Shown here piece by piece: positions 62,720-64,000 of a stretch of 64,000 bases of DNA. Under the pieces are notes generated by a model. That model was not told the origin of the DNA, ran no database searches, and was given only the letters and a program-made list of their open reading frames with translations. The stretch covers positions 32,366,001 through 32,430,000 of the forward strand of contig CM119372.1 of assembly GCA_051294905.1 (NCBI GenBank). The letters are read 5' to 3'. Numbering within the stretch: the stretch's first letter is position 1; every line of letters starts with the position of its first letter. Source of the stretch: Botryllus schlosseri. Taxonomy: Eukaryota. The translations under genes were made by a program, and so were the position numbers.

Positions 62720-64000
62720 TTATCTACTAGTGTAGCTGATGATTAGGGGAGATGTGGTACCGATGGATCACTGGGACCGAAAATACTTTGAAACTTCTCT
62801 ATGATAATTCCATGATCACACTCCGTGAACTTGTCTACAATTGCATTCTGGCAAAATCTTTCCTTACATACAAAAAAATTCGACGTGCGCGAGCTATGGG
62901 GTCTCTCACAGATGTTTTTTGTTTTGGGGGGTGTAAAGTAAATTTAGATCGACATATGCATTTTTCTTTGTAACCTTCAACACGAAAAAACCAGCAATCA
63001 TTTTTATTGTGAAGTGTAGGGCTTGTATCAGGCTATTTAATGACACCTATTATGTTTTTCAGTACTTTCCTTGAGTGGAATTTTTTTCGATTCATGTATA
63101 AAATTCGTAGGGTGGGGACCGATGATACAATAGCCAAATCAAGCAAAAAATCAAGCATACTAATCATGAAATAAATGAAACTTGCCTACGTACAGAAAAT
63201 CTTTATGTAATAACTGCATATGATGTTTAATCGCTAAAACGAGGTATTTGGAAGTCACACTGTCGATTTACGGGCAATATGTATGTACCCTCAAATTTAT
63301 AAGTCCGAGCCTAAATCGAAACGTGATTTTATGACAACATTTGAGTTAATACTTATTCTATCTTTGGACGGTTGCGATCAAACATTCTTCTTTGGCTTGC
63401 TGTAGCTTAGATTATAATACTGAGCTAGAAAAGTTGTCACACCTGAGTTTTTTGGGTATATGTGTCATAGGTCCCCGGGTCGTGTGCCATTGGACCCACC
63501 GGGTGGGGAAGAAGAGTGCGCAGAAGCAAGATCATCACTAGCACGCGCATAAAAAAACTTCTCTCTGAGTGTTACGCATTAAATGGATGACATTAACGTT
63601 ATTTTGCCACCCATTATAATTAACGTGGCTCGACGAGCCGTCAGTTGTCTTCAGACAAGTTTCATTGCGGTTCTAAACTCTGGAATGTAAAGCAAGACTG
63701 GTCTTGGAGACCTGCTGGTTTTTCTTTCTTTTTAACAGTAGTCAGTTTCTTGCTAACTCATTTGGGGATAAGTTTTTTGATAACGTTCCATTTCCCCCAT
63801 GCGTTTCATGTTCATCCATCGTTTTTTTTAAGTTCATTAGTATTTATGGATTATAAATATTATTTGACTAAAAATGTGTTTTTAGTCCATTGCACCCCAT
63901 CTTCCGCTAATGTGTAATGTGCAGTGACAGTGCGAAGTCATGCACTAGGGATTCGTAACCTCTGCTCTAAACACACTATGTTGCGAGCTCAGATAGAGCG

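Noticed and set aside
63510..64000. Possible coding remnant at the right edge
   Set aside because: No recognisable motif or sustained open frame; truncated by the window.

Overview
Repeat-rich, AT-rich eukaryotic (invertebrate) genomic DNA, probably an ascidian/tunicate judging from the 7TM family present (inference). The standout is the left end (1 to ~3960), a gene-dense and visibly more GC-rich block. It carries an intact Merlin/IS1595(ISXO2)-type DDE transposase (3636-2647, minus). 113 bp downstream on the same strand is an uninterrupted ORF of at least 844 codons (2533 to <1) that the supplied ORF track missed because its stop lies outside the window. That ORF has the layout of a class I viral fusion glycoprotein: signal peptide, about 14 N-glycosylation sequons, a furin site RNKKRRHRR followed by a hydrophobic fusion peptide, long helical/heptad segments, a TM anchor and a Cys-rich tail. 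A 46-aa single-TM ORF overlaps its start. This looks like one end of an env-bearing DNA transposon or a transposase-integrated endogenous virus. The rest of the window holds three intronless paralogues of an orphan 7TM/GPCR-like gene (one intact, one frameshifted, one pseudogene) among many transposons: a decayed Ty3/gypsy element, a young non-autonomous LTR element, Penelope fragments with hammerhead-ribozyme motifs, an L2/CR1-type LINE fragment, tRNA-derived SINEs, nested hAT elements and MITEs, a THAP-containing foldback element and a Chapaev3-like relic. All translations and alignments were done by eye; no database searches were run.
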